Origin: the human T2T-CHM13v2.0 reference genome, Homo sapiens
DNA: 64,000 nt
Assembly: GCF_009914755.1 (NCBI RefSeq)
Contig: NC_060939.1
Reading direction: 5' to 3' (one strand)
Part shown: one piece after another, positions 29,819 to 42,427 of the stretch
Position numbering within the stretch: the stretch's first letter is position 1
How the letters are laid out: each line of letters begins with the position of its first letter
Program-made: the position numbers and the translations under genes
The notes under the pieces: model-generated
The model's input: only the letters and a program-made list of their open reading frames with translations
Databases searched by the model: none
Told to the model about the DNA's origin: nothing

Positions 29819-30459
29819 CTGTGAGGAGGCAAAGGGAGACGTCTCAGAGGAGGACAGGGTGGGCAAGGCCTGCCCCAGCTTTCCCTCCACTACCTTTCCT
29901 TGGGATTCCTCCCTCAGGGCTTCCTTGAGTACCCCCAGCTCATTCTGAGCACCCCCTCCTCCAGAACTGCCTCTGTGGACTGGAACACAGTGGATGAGAC
30001 CATGGGCTGCATGCAAGAAGTCATACTAGTGCCCATCTTGCTGTGTGACCAGCCCCAGCCAACATCCCTCTCTGGGCCTCCTTCATCTGTAACAGGAGGA
30101 GGCTGAGACCAGGGGTTTGTAACCAGAGCTTCAGAGACAGAGATGGACTTTGGGAGGTTTGTTAACAGCTTGACATTGTGGGAGAAATTTTGTGCAGTTG
30201 TTTGTACTTGCTTTTTTTTTTTTTCTCTAATAATAGGAACCTTAGTTTTCATCAGGTTCTCAAAGGCATCCACAAACAGGTTAGAGCCATAGTCTGAGTG
30301 CCGTCTGTTGGCCCTAACCAGTGTGTCTGCTATGGCGAGGGGTGGGGTGCCAGCTCCCCTGGAGAGGAGAACGTGGCAGCGGCCACGAAGTTCCAGGGGC
30401 TGGAGCCTGGGCCCACCAGCCAGGATGCTGCTCCTTCCCTCCCCTGCCAGGGCCCTCAC

Positions 30460-30573
30460 CTTCCACAGTGCCAGGACCAGCAGGGCCAGCAGTAGGAGGC
30501 CCCCCAGGGTGCTGCCTACAATGATCCAGATGGGGACCTGCCAGTCCTCTTGCTTGGAGATCTCAAACACGAT
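30460..30573 (-). CDS. ITGA11: ITGA11 exon 29, transmembrane helix (IVFEISKQEDWQVPIWIIVGSTLGGLLLLALLVLALWK)
   Basis: AG/GT flanks, 114 nt, hydrophobic segment. Confidence 0.96.
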
Positions 30574-31269
30574 CTGCAAGGGGAGGGGGGCCGGGCCAAC
30601 AGCATTACTCTTCTGGGGCTGGGGTGGCAGTCTGGGAGGGGCAGGAGGGTGGAGACAGCTGGCACCTGGTGGGGGAGCTGCATCCTCTTCCTCAGGGGGA
30701 TACCAGAGGGATGGGTGGACAGGCCAGCCAAGGCCTCAGGACGACCACTGCCTGAACAGCCGACACTGGGTTCAGTGGCCCAAGTGATCCTGCCTCCTTG
30801 AGACACTTGCTGCCTTTGGCCTCAGGCCCCCGCCACTCCCTGGATCCTCCTCCCACCACATGGGCTACTCCTTCTCCCTTTGCTGCCTCCGCATCGCCTC
30901 CCGCACTTCTAAAGGTCAGTGTGTCCCACGGTTCAGTCCTTGCACCTCTTCTTTTTCTAGAGTCACTTCCTGGGTGAACTCAGGGCTGACTTTCCCACGA
31001 GTCACAGTAGTCATGGTGCCAAGGCCCATAACACTTTTAGGAGCCCATGAAAATGTTTACATTTCTTTTAAAATTAGAGGAAAAAATGGAATAGAATCCA
31101 GCTTGGATAACATTTTTTAATCTTTGTATCAACATGGTTATAAACCATAATTTTAAATACTTTTTTCCTATGGAGGAAGGTGTCCCAAAGGCAAAAGTGG
31201 CCAGGGCGTGAAGGTCAGAAAGTAAGCCCAGGCCAGCTCCCTCAGTCCTGTGGCTATCACCGTCTACAC

Positions 31270-32205
31270 GCCGACTGCTCTCACATTTCTGTCGTCCGCC
31301 TGGATTCTCCGCTGAATTCCAGGCTCACACCGACTGTCTCCTGGCCTGCCTGGCAACTGTAACAGGCCCCTAACCAAGCTCTTAACACCCCAGCCCCCGA
31401 AGCCTGCTCTTTCCAGCTCTTTCTCACCTAAGCAAATGGCAGCACTATCCCTCCGCGCTGCTCAGGCCAGAAGCCACGTATCCATCACTGACCCTAACTC
31501 TCACACCCACACGGAGCCCAGCAGCAAAGTCTGTCCATTCTACCTTGGAAACACCTGGAATGTGGCCACCACTCCCACCTCCTGGGCCTGAGTGCCCTCA
31601 CATCTCCTCTGGAGACTACAGCGCTGCCCGACTGCCTCCCCTCTGCAGTTTGTTCTTAGCATAGCAACTAGAGGGATCCTTCTAACGAGGAAGGCAGGCC
31701 TATGCTCTGCTCTGCTCTGCTCAAGCTCAAAGTAAAAAGTGCAGTCCTGGCCCTGGCCTGCAAGGCCCTCCCCTCTCGGGTCCCACCTGTCTTGCTGACC
31801 TCACCTCCTGCTCCCTCTTGCTTTACTCCAGCTTTCAGCCACCTGGCCTCCAGCATGCATGCCATGGCGTGCCTGCTGTAGGCATTGCTATTCCCTCTGC
31901 CTGCAAGGGTTTCCCTCACGCAGCCACGAGACACTCCTGTCTTCCTCATGGTCTCTGTCTGATGTCACTTTATTGGAGAGGCTTTTCCCAACTCCCCTGT
32001 ATAAAACAGCACCCCCTGGCACTCCACCCTTAGATGTGTGCCTTTTTCTGGGTAGCCCTTATCACCAGTTGATAACGTTTATATTTATGTTTATTGCCTG
32101 CCTGGAATGTCAGCTGTAGGAGAGTGGGGGCTTTGTCTGTTTTGTCCCTGCTCTATCCTCAGAACCTGGAGCCGTGCCGGGAATGTAGCAGGAGCTCAGC
32201 TAACA
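31270..32205. mobile_element. L2 LINE fragment
   Basis: gctgctcaggccagaa, ctactccagc...ctggcctcc and agaacctggagccgtgcc...gtagcaggagctca are L2-like motifs; limits approximate. Confidence 0.6.
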
Positions 32206-32284
32206 CGTGGAGTGAATGGACCACCTGCAACAGCAGACAGAGCCATGTGGAGTGAATGGACCACCTGCAACAGCAGACAGAGCC
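32204..32284. repeat. 40-bp tandem duplication, 39/40 identical
   Basis: CAYGTGGAGTGAATGGACCACCTGCAACAGCAGACAGAGC twice. Confidence 0.95.
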
Positions 32285-32592
32285 CTCCTTTGGCCACTGA
32301 CTCACTGTTCAACTTGAGGCAAGTCACTGTCCCTCCTGCCTCATCTCACATGCCTTGGTGTGCATACCTGAGAGATGGGGGTGGGGACAGTGCCTCACAG
32401 TGTTGAGAGGTCTGTCACCATGTTCAGCACACAGCTGGGGGCCAGCAAATGGCAGGGCCCTTATGTGTGCTCTTTCTGTCCCTCAAGGCGGGCACCTGGC
32501 TCTGCCTCCCCAGCGCCAGCACCTAGCACACAGCCCAGCATACAGGGGCTTAATTTTGGGGTTGCTGGATTTCTAAAAGAGAAATGAGGCAT

Positions 32593-32962
<370 letters not shown>

Positions 32963-34035
32963 TCACCTAAAAGACAAGCATCAATGTGAGAAGAAGGGTT
33001 CTCTCTCTCTCTCTCTGTGTGTGAGCAGGGTATGTGTGGGGGAGCGGGGGTGCCTGTACCACACCTCCCTCTCTTGGATGCTGGGAACATTGCAGCATCT
33101 TTCAAGATTCGGTTCAAACAGTCTCCAGAAAGCTTTCCGGGGATGTCCCTCGCTCGGAATCGCTCCCCTCCGGGCCTGTGCTCACCCCCAGACTGCACTC
33201 ACCCATTTATTGTCACTGTTTCCCTGTCTGCCTAATTTATCTCTGTTTCCCCTTTGGGGCCCAAGTCGTAGGAGACACACCCAACAAATGCCAAATGAAT
33301 GAACAAACAAAAAAGCTCCTTAGGTGGATCCTGATACCCCTCTGCCTGGCATCCCCCTGCCCTGGCTGTGATTGGTTTTTGTTGGATTGTTTTATAAGGG
33401 ATGCTTCCTGACCCCGCCCCTTTGCTCTCCAGCATCTCCCTGGGGTGGTGTTGGGAGCTTACTCCGCCTCTGTAATAGGAATGTTTGCCTGGAGCCCAAG
33501 CTGGCATTTCTGGGGTGTGGCCAGTGGAGGGCAGCAGCGTCCCACGCCCGGCTGCCCTGTCTATTTCCACAGGACTGGGCTTTGCTTGCTTGCTTTCTTT
33601 TACAAATTTATTTCTTTTCTTTTTTCTTCCTTTGCCACTTCTTCCAGGAATGGGCTTTTCTTTAAGACCTCACTTCTCGTTGGGTCTCACAGAGTCTCAC
33701 TCCTTTCCTGGACCCTGGATGAAGCCAGTGTAATCTGTAACAATCTGCTTTTACGCAACTAACAGAGGCTGATACCGAGGCATCTCCCATCCTTTGGTCT
33801 TCACAAATTCAGTTCACACCAGACCTCTGGACCTTCCCTAGTGTTGCCCCTGAGGCTTTGTCTTGCTTTTTTCCCTCTTTTCAGCGGCTGCCCTAACAGC
33901 CCACAGGTCTGCCTGATTCTCTCCTGCTGGGACATGCAGCCAGGGGTTGTAGGAAAACTCTATAGAGGAGCACGGCCAACCCTTTCCCAAGCTGTCCGGC
34001 CTAAGCCCAGTTCTGCAGGGCTCCCAGGGGCTCAC

Positions 34036-34131
34036 CTGGCGGCTGGGATCCTCCTCACGGAAGATGAAGGGGCTGTGGAACTGCCTCTGCAAGGCTGCGT
34101 TGACCATGATTTTCATGGATTTGTACTTGAG
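34036..34131 (-). CDS. ITGA11: ITGA11 exon 28 (LKYKSMKIMVNAALQRQFHSPFIFREEDPSRQ)
   Basis: AG/GT flanks, 96 nt, in phase. Confidence 0.95.
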
Positions 34132-34273
34132 CTGTGCAATCAGAGGGCTCGTCAGAAGCTGGCTTGGAAGCTTTTCTTCCCGTCCCCTCCCCAGGCAGCC
34201 CCAGGTGGAAGACATCCCAACAGCCGCCCCCTTTCCCTTCTTCCTTCCAGCCCAGCCCAGGGGCTCTACTTAC

Positions 34274-34384
34274 TGCTTTTAGGGACCTCAACCACAGGTT
34301 CCCCAGTAGATGGAAATTGATTTCCTGGTTGGGGACCAGCCGTATATTGCAGTTGATGGAGACGACATCAGAGTTGCTGTGATT
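34274..34384 (-). CDS. ITGA11: ITGA11 exon 27 (NHSNSDVVSINCNIRL...WLRSLKA)
   Basis: AG/GT flanks, 111 nt. Confidence 0.95.
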
Positions 34385-35147
34385 CTGAAAGAGAAGATGG
34401 GTCTCAGGGCTGAGCTGCTGGGCTAGGGGAGCAGGGGGCAGCAACACTGCTTGAACGACTGGGGCTCTGCTCCTGGGGGCAGGGGCAGAGGACAGGGGAC
34501 AAAGAGAAAGTTGGGAGTGGGGGACATGTGCATTGCGTCTGCCAGGGGATGACTGAAGGACAAATGAAGGATGGTATATCTGATGCTCCACTTGAAGCTG
34601 TACATTGTGACCGGCCTGGATATATTCCAGGGACAGAACTTTTGTTCAACATTAGGGAATCTATAAATGTTTCCTATCACCATATAAACACATTAAGATA
34701 AAAAATTCTATGATCGCTGCAACAGATGCAGAAAAAGTATTTTAGGAAGTCCAACTTCTGTTCATGATAAAAACTCCCAGGGAACTTCCTGAATCAGATA
34801 AAAGGGGTCTTCATAAAGTTCATGGAAAATGTGTATTATGGAAAAATTATGCATGGATTCCAAAACTTTTTTTGCCCCAAAATAAACTCGTATTAACTTG
34901 TTGTAACCTATGTGAACAGGATCTAGTTTGAGGCACTAAGAAAGATAAGACATCAGTTTGAAAAGAGCCCCTATCTGAGCAACATGAATTCTGCTAAAAT
35001 TGAAGCAAAAACAAACATCAAATTTATGGTGAAACTTGAGTGAAAGAACAGTGAAATCACTGATGCTTTATAAAAAGTTGATGGGGATGATATCACAAAG
35101 AAATCAGCAGTTTGCAAATGGATAACTTGTTTTAAGAAGGACTAGAG

Positions 35148-35561
<414 letters not shown>

Positions 35562-36289
35562 TCAGGCCCTCACTGAAGAAGCCTGACAATTAACAGCAGA
35601 ACCATTAGCCAACACTATAGACAGCTCAGTTGGCTTAGTTTACATCATTCTGATTGAAAAATTAAAGTTGAGCAAAATTTCCGCTTGACGGGTGCCCAAT
35701 CTGTTGCACCCAGATCAGCTGCAGAAAAGAGCAGAACTTTCAATGGAAATTTTAAACAAGTGACATCAAGATCCTGAAGCATTTCTTCAAATAATTATAA
35801 CGGATAAAAGATGGCTTTGCCAGTACCATCCTGAAGACAAAGCACAAAAAAAGCAATGGCTACCAAGAGGTGGATGTGGTCCAGTCAAAGCAAACACAGA
35901 TCAGTCAAGAGCAAAGGTTATGGTAACAGTTTTTCGGAATGCTCAGAACATTTTGCTTGTTGACTTTCTGGAGGGCCAAAGAATGAGAACATCTGGTTAT
36001 TATGACAGTGTTGTGAGAAAGTTAATCAAAGCTTTAGCAGAAAAATGGCTGGGAAAATGTCACCAGAGACTCCTTCTCCACCATGACAATGCTCCTGCTC
36101 GCTCCTCTCAAAGGGACTTCAAAAAGTTTGTGGAAAAATGGAATTAAAAGGTAAAAATTAAAAATTAAATTTTACTTCTCAACATAAGCCCATCAAGTTC
36201 AAGACACTTTTGTAAGCAATGATACCAACCATGTAGTCCATTCTTAAATGACTAAGAGTCCTGGGAATGTAACCATGTCAATACAGTCC

Positions 36290-36602
36290 TTTTTTTTTTT
36301 TTTTTTTTTTTTGAGACAGAGTCTTGCTCTGTTGCCCAGGCTGGAGTACAGTGGCGCCAACTTGGCTCATTGCAACGTCTGCCTCCCAGGTTCAAGAGAT
36401 TCTCTTGCCCAGCCCGAGTCGCTGGGACTACAGACGCCCACCACCACACCCGGCTGATTTTTGTATGTTTAGTAGAGATGAGGTTTCACTATGCTGGCCA
36501 GGCTGGTCTCGAGCTCCTGACCTCAAGCTCCTGACTTCACGATCCACCTGCCTCGGCCTCCCAAAGTGCTGGGATTACAGGCATGAGCCACCGTGCACGG
36601 CC
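36290..36602 (-). mobile_element. AluS-like element inside the inverted Hsmar2 segment
   Basis: Full Alu dimer; TSD about AATRCAGT. Confidence 0.92.
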
Positions 36603-37693
36603 TAATGCAGTTTTGTTTACATTATTAGCTGAGGAATAATGGTTGCCCTTTAAAGATTTTTTTTAAGATTAGCAAACCAAAAGAAGTTAGAAGGAGCCAA
36701 ATCAGGACTGGAAGGCGGACGCCTAATGATTTTGAAATCCCCTCATGTGTGAAGCCTAGGGCAATGATCATATTTAACAATCAAAATAAAAATAAATTCC
36801 TTTAAGTAATCATGATTAAGGTAATCCTGATTATTCTGTCATCATCATATCTATTTACCATTGCCCTGGAGGTCTTAGTTAGAGTAATACCTCAAGATCA
36901 TTTATAATATAAGGATTAAGTGGAGAAACTAACGTTAATGGGAAACCCAAACAAATCTTCAAACAATTAGAATTTATTAGGTGAAAGTTACTAGTGTTGC
37001 TGCCGTGCTGCCCACCCCAACCCCAACCCAGCCTAAATCTTTGGCAAAGCCCACTACCCTCAGTAAGTGCTTTGTGGGAGGTACTTGTCTGGGGGAAGTA
37101 AAACTAAAACAGGGAAGATTGTTGTCTGGGGGAAGAACAGTGGAAGCAGGGTGAGAAACTGGTATCTGGAGGCAGAGGCAACCCTGAGAATGCAAACTGG
37201 AAATGAGCAGGTGTTTTGGGAGGGCTCTGGAAATTGAAGCTGGTCTGCATTCCATCTCTAGGGCAGGAGGCCCCAGCTGACGCAGCCAAATGTCTCCAAT
37301 ACAAGCCACGTGTGTGTTCTGGTGTTCTGGCTGCGTCTGTTTTCTTCCCCTTCCCTCTGCCTCTCTGTATCCTACTGGCCCGCTTGGCCCAGGTGCAAGT
37401 CCACTCTCCCCACCCCTTTCTGCTCGTTTGCCTGGCACACCACAGGCTGTGACCTTGGCTTCTCAGACACTCACTCTGTGTGTTTGTCCCACTCCCTGTG
37501 AGACGGGGGACTCACACAGGCCAAGAAGTCTTTTCCTCCTTCAGTTTTTTTCTTGGTTTGGGGCTGGGTACATACAGGTGCTCAGTAAGCTCTTATTGGC
37601 AAGCTATTGGGTCGGGAGGGAAATGGCCCGCAGAGCACCGGCGGCACGCCTCTAACCCCAACCACTGTGGCTCTCGGTCTGGGGGACACTCAC

Positions 37694-37780
37694 CAGCTGT
37701 GGAGCACGACGCAAGTCTTCCTCCACTGGGGTGGGCCGGTACTCAGTGCTATTGCCCCAGATGTTACAGGACGTGTTCGC
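37694..37780 (-). CDS. ITGA11: ITGA11 exon 26 (ANTSCNIWGNSTEYRPTPVEEDLRRAPQL)
   Basis: AG/GT flanks, 87 nt. Confidence 0.93.
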
Positions 37781-37989
37781 CTACATAAAGGACATGGACA
37801 CACACACACATACACAGCCTCACAACCAGCTCTGGCAGACGCAGGATCCCAGAGAGGTTTCTTTTCTCCTCCTCTAGCCGTGGTCCTGGGAGAAGGGAGC
37901 TGGGGTCTGGGAACCTGGGGACACACGTAGGGGGAGTGTCTGTCTCCTTCTGGTCCCCTCCCCTAGCCGGCTCCCAAGGCCATCACTAC

Positions 37990-38103
37990 CTCGTCCGTGA
38001 GGAAGTCCCTCAGCTTCAGTAGGCGGTTGCCGCTCCTGGTGGCGATGGGAATGGTGATCTTCATCATCATCCCGTGGATGGGGAACAAGCCCAAGTTCTG
38101 GAT
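37990..38103 (-). CDS. ITGA11: ITGA11 exon 25 (IQNLGLFPIHGMMMKITIP...DFLTDE)
   Basis: AG/GT flanks, 114 nt; second GT donor 3 nt further on. Confidence 0.94.
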
Positions 38104-38819
38104 CTGTGGCCAGAGACAGGGAGGTGTCAGTACAGTCAGTTGAGGGGGGTGGAAAACAAGGTCCACAGGGGCCAACCAGCCCCTGGGGGTGGCAATTCCC
38201 CCATCAGGCCTGGGAAAAAGGCCCACTCAAGACCCCTGGTGTTTTCACCATGGAAGCTCCTAAGCTCTGTCAAATTGTGGCCGGGGACTGCATGGACAAG
38301 TGCAAGAAAGCCCTGAGAGGGGATGGGTGGCTGGAAGCTGAAGACAAGTCAGTGGGGATCCTGAGGCCGGAGAGCAGGGGCCACCTGCATTTTCAACTCT
38401 TCTTGCCTGGGGTGGGGATTTTGTTGAGGCCAGGGGTGAAGATGGTGACAGCAATGAATACATCATGAGAGGGAATCATTAATTAACAATTAATTTAATT
38501 AATTAAACTCGCTATTTATTACTAAATAAGGAGTGCATGATTGTTCACATTCTAGCAGTGCCACATTCAGTGCCAGGACAGCAGTGATTCCAAGCAGGGC
38601 TTTGGAACCAGAAAGACCAGGAATCTAATCCTGGGCCCACCACCACCTATGAGCTGTGTGACCCTGGGCAGCTTACTAGGCCTCTCTTGAACAAGCCATG
38701 TAGGGCTCAGCGTGTCTGAAGTCCAGTATCCAGCTGTCAGCTTGCCCTCAGCTTTCACACAGCCTAAGAGAAGCTGATGAACTTACAGCTGTTCAGGGCT
38801 GAGGGAGCTATCGGGGCCC

Positions 38820-39250
38820 ACTATAGCAGAGGCTGCCAAATTGCCTCCTAACTCTCGTTCTCCCACTTTCCTTAGTGGCAGAACCGAGACAAAAGGCCAC
38901 ATTTCCCAGCCTCCCTTATGGCTCAGTCACAACATTCTGGATAAAGAGAGGTCACTGGAAGAGTAAGGGACTGCCAGGGAGGTCCCTTAATAAGGAGGGA
39001 GCATGCTCTTCTCCCCTTCCTCCTTCCTGCTGCCTGGAATGAGAAGGTGATGGCTGGAGCTGCAGCCATCTTGTACTGTGAGGTGAACTGGAGGCTGGTA
39101 AGTTCACGCTGAGGATGGTGGAATAGAAGACCCACTCCTGAATGACTTTGTGAAGCTGCCAACTCTGGGCTTCTTTTATGGGAGAGAGTAAACCCTAGTG
39201 TGTTTAAACCACTGTTTAAAAAAAATTTAAGAATTTTAGGCAACCACACC
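38820..39250. mobile_element. MLT1-type MaLR LTR
   Basis: ccacatttcccagcctccctt...gatggctggagctgcagccatcttg motifs. Confidence 0.6.
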
Positions 39251-39472
39251 CTATCTTCACCCATACATCCCCCACTGCAGTCCAGTTGTTTTTCAAAAGA
39301 AGACTGAGAGGCCCAGAGAGGAGAAGTGACTTGACTAAAGTCGCACAGTGGGTGGGTGGCAGGGTTGAGGCTGGACTCCGGGCACTAGCGATGATTCCAC
39401 ATTCCTCCCCTCCAGGATGGGGGTGCTCAGATCCCGTCCTTCCCCCTCTACCCGGCTCCCCTCCAGCCTCAC

Positions 39473-39563
39473 CCTGAAGATGCAGCTGAAGGGAGGCCCG
39501 ATACCATCGTATCTCTCCAGCGAGCTGTTGGGCTTGACCTCGTAGTGGCTCAGGCTGCTGCTC
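39473..39563 (-). CDS. ITGA11: ITGA11 exon 24 (SSSLSHYEVKPNSSLERYDGIGPPFSCIFR)
   Basis: AG/GT flanks, 91 nt, phase matches both neighbours. Confidence 0.93.
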
Positions 39564-40478
39564 CTGCGGAGACAGAGGACAGGGCTGTCGTGAGCTCAGT
39601 CAGGGCTGGCTGGATGGACAGATGAATGAAAGAGGGAGAGGGCATGTGCCGGCCTCCCCCGGGCCACGAAAAACAGGTTCCCGCTTGTGTCGGCTGGGAG
39701 TGAGTGTCATGTTGGAAGGATTCTGAGCCTTTGCAGGAATCAGCGCTGCCATGGGTGAGCAATGTCTGCCTCCTGAGTGGGTGGGCGTGAGTCAGAAGAG
39801 CCAGTTATCTCATCCCTGCCCCAGCGTCTCTGCCTAGGAGTGTAGCTACTTTTCGGAGTGACCATGCCACTGTGCTCCCTTCCACCCTCTAGGGATGGCT
39901 GGCGTGGGAGGGCCTGAGCTTCCTCTCCGCATCTGCTGTTCTGCCCTGACTTCTCCATCTGCCCATGAGCTCTCAGAGGACAGGGGCTGTTTCCTCCATC
40001 AGATTGGGGGCCAGTAGCATGCCAAGGGGGTGGGGGTGGGAGCAGTCTGTCCTTTGGGGAAGAGTCTTTTCCCACTGACATTGTTTAGATGTGCTGGCAT
40101 AATATGATAACAAAAAGCAGATTGACTTACGATAGATATTATTTCTGTTTTTAAATTCTCTACAGACCATGCATCCACTTGTTGCCTATGCCAGGGGTGG
40201 ACGCCTCCCACTGCCCCCACCCTCCCTTCTTGCCCCTGCTGGGAGCTCCCCAGGGCCGGGCCTGTGTCTCCTCCTTCCTCTAATTTGATATCCCCTCCCC
40301 ACATTGGATGGGGGTGCTGCACTCTCTGACCCACCAGGGACACTCTTGGCTCCATCCATAGTCCCTTAGTGCTGGGGTCTGGCCCTATTAGGGCCCATCA
40401 GAGGATGCCCCCCCTTAGGCCTCCCTCCTCCCATTCCCCATGCCTTCCCTCTCCTGGGGCCCCCGGAGCCCGGCCCAC

Positions 40479-40568
40479 CTGGTGAAGAGGACGTCAGCCT
40501 CGTATTTGAGGTGGAAGCGTAAGGGGGCCATGTTGTCTTCCTTGGTGCTGTCCCGCTCATTACTGTCA
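40479..40568 (-). CDS. ITGA11: ITGA11 exon 23 (DSNERDSTKEDNMAPLRFHLKYEADVLFT)
   Basis: AG/GT flanks, 90 nt. Confidence 0.94.
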
Positions 40569-42350
40569 CTGCAAGGAGAGCCAGGCGGCAAGGTCAGGAA
40601 GGGGCTCAGCCAGCACAGGCAGCGGGAAGGGTCTGAGGCAGACTGTGGAAGGAGCACACTGGCTTATCTGGGGCTGATGGGCACCAGACAGGCCAGACAG
40701 GGAACCTGAGGCATCTCCTAGGAGAGGAAGGGCCAGAAGCAGGGATGGATGACACTAGCTCTACCTGCTGCCCCTTTAGGTGGAGTCAGGGGAGGGCTCT
40801 GGGCTGGACCTGGGAGGCCTGTGCCTGGCCTGGCACGGACTGGACCCCAGCCTGTTTGCCTCCCTCACCCAGATGCCCCGTCTGTCAGGCGGGCCAATCC
40901 TGCTGCCTGCTGGACTCAGGGGCTGTGGGAGATGACACCTGTGGCAAAGGCTGTGCCCACGGAGGAGGGATGGTGAGGAATTCACAGTAGAGTCATTCAT
41001 TTATCCCTGGACTGACCGGGGGCAGCTCCTACAGGGCGGCCAGGGGCACTCTGCTGCCACAAGAAGGCTGGGAGTGAAATTCAGAGACATCTTCCGGGGG
41101 GGTTCTGTCCAGTGTGCCTCCCTTTATATCTGAGCACCATGAACTACCGGGGCAAATCATTTTAGACATAAAAATGTACAGTTCTTGCTTGTTATATAGA
41201 CTGAGTTTGATTCCCTTTGGAAGCCTTACCCCAGGATAGGGGTTTGGTTAGAAAAGGGAGACCCAACACACACAGATGTGCCTCCAGAGCCCCCTCCTAC
41301 ACACACCTAATTCTCAGACACCCCCCACAGCTGTGCCAGAGACACTGCTCTGCAAGCGCGCTCATTTCTCCTGTGAAGACGGGACTGGGCTTTCTTAGAG
41401 CAGGGCAGAGAGCAAGGGAGGCCTCGCCAAGTTTGCCACGTGGTGTGTGAGAATTCTACCAGGATGCACAATTCATTTAACTGTAGCTGGGACGCGAGCA
41501 CGTGTCGGGTATGAGTCCCCAGCGCTTATGTGACCTCTGACCTGCACGTGTGTGTGCTGGAATGTTAGTGTTCGGTTTGCCTGGGGTATTTATTTCTTAG
41601 CTAAGGATTTTTGCCATTTATAAGGCTCCAGAGTGGACACAATCCCTCTGTCCTTCCCCACACAGAGGTAATTCTGCAAAAAAGAGAAGTGTATTTACTA
41701 CTGACACAAAGTGATTCATGGGGTCAACACATAGCAAGCTACCTCTGAGAGGCCTGGGAGACAGACAGACAGATAGACAGGAAGACCCACATAGAGTAAG
41801 AAAAGGCCTCTTAAAAATAGAAAAAGGGGAGAGAGGTGACTAGGACAGGAAGAGCCCTGGATGGGGAATAGGACGAGTAGTGTTCAGCTTCCAGCTGCAC
41901 AATTTACTGCTGTGTGTCCCTGGGAAATTCACTCACCCTCTCTGAGCCTCTCTTTTCTTAACTTGGAAGATGGTGTGTGGAATAACCCCTGCTTTGATGA
42001 TCTTAAGGGGCCTCTGTGAGGACTGAGATTTTTGCCTGTACAATGCTTTATAACCATAGGGTTTGTGAATTACTGCTGTATACAGGGCTGTCTAAAAGTA
42101 AAGGGCTGACATTATTATTTATCATCCAAAGAATGAAGAGTGGTGGCAACACAGGGGGCAGCAGGTTGGCCCACACCTGCAACGGATGCCGGCCCACCTC
42201 CCCACCCCACTGCCTCCACTCAAGGTTGGGGCAGTGGGGGACAGGGCGTGGGGCAGCGGACTCAGTGTCGGGAGGAGCAGTTGCTAGCAGCCAGAGAGCT
42301 GGGCCCCGGAATAGCAAGCTTTGGGGAGAAGGAGCAGGCACGGCCCTGAC

Positions 42351-42427
42351 CTGCCTGCAGCGAGCTCGATCTCCAGGTGGTGTAGGAAGATGGATTTGCT
42401 GAACTCAAAATCAAGACGGAAAGCCAC
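42351..42427 (-). CDS. ITGA11: ITGA11 exon 22 (VAFRLDFEFSKSIFLHHLEIELAAG)
   Basis: AG/GT flanks, 77 nt. Confidence 0.94.

Noticed and set aside
29914-30459. ORF continuing about 180 codons from ITGA11 exon 29 into the last intron as an alternative cytoplasmic tail
   Set aside because: Exon 29 has a strong AAG|gtgag donor and the extension lacks the GFFR motif and crosses low-complexity sequence; intron retention cannot be supported without RNA data
35920-36147. Mariner transposase ORF as a functional or domesticated gene
   Set aside because: Only a 75-aa remnant; upstream stops, an Alu insertion and the inversion separate it from the last catalytic motif
38478-38507. AT-rich quasi-palindrome ATTAATTAACAATTAATTTAATTAATTAA
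   Set aside because: Short low-complexity tract; possible homeodomain sites but not distinguishable from slippage
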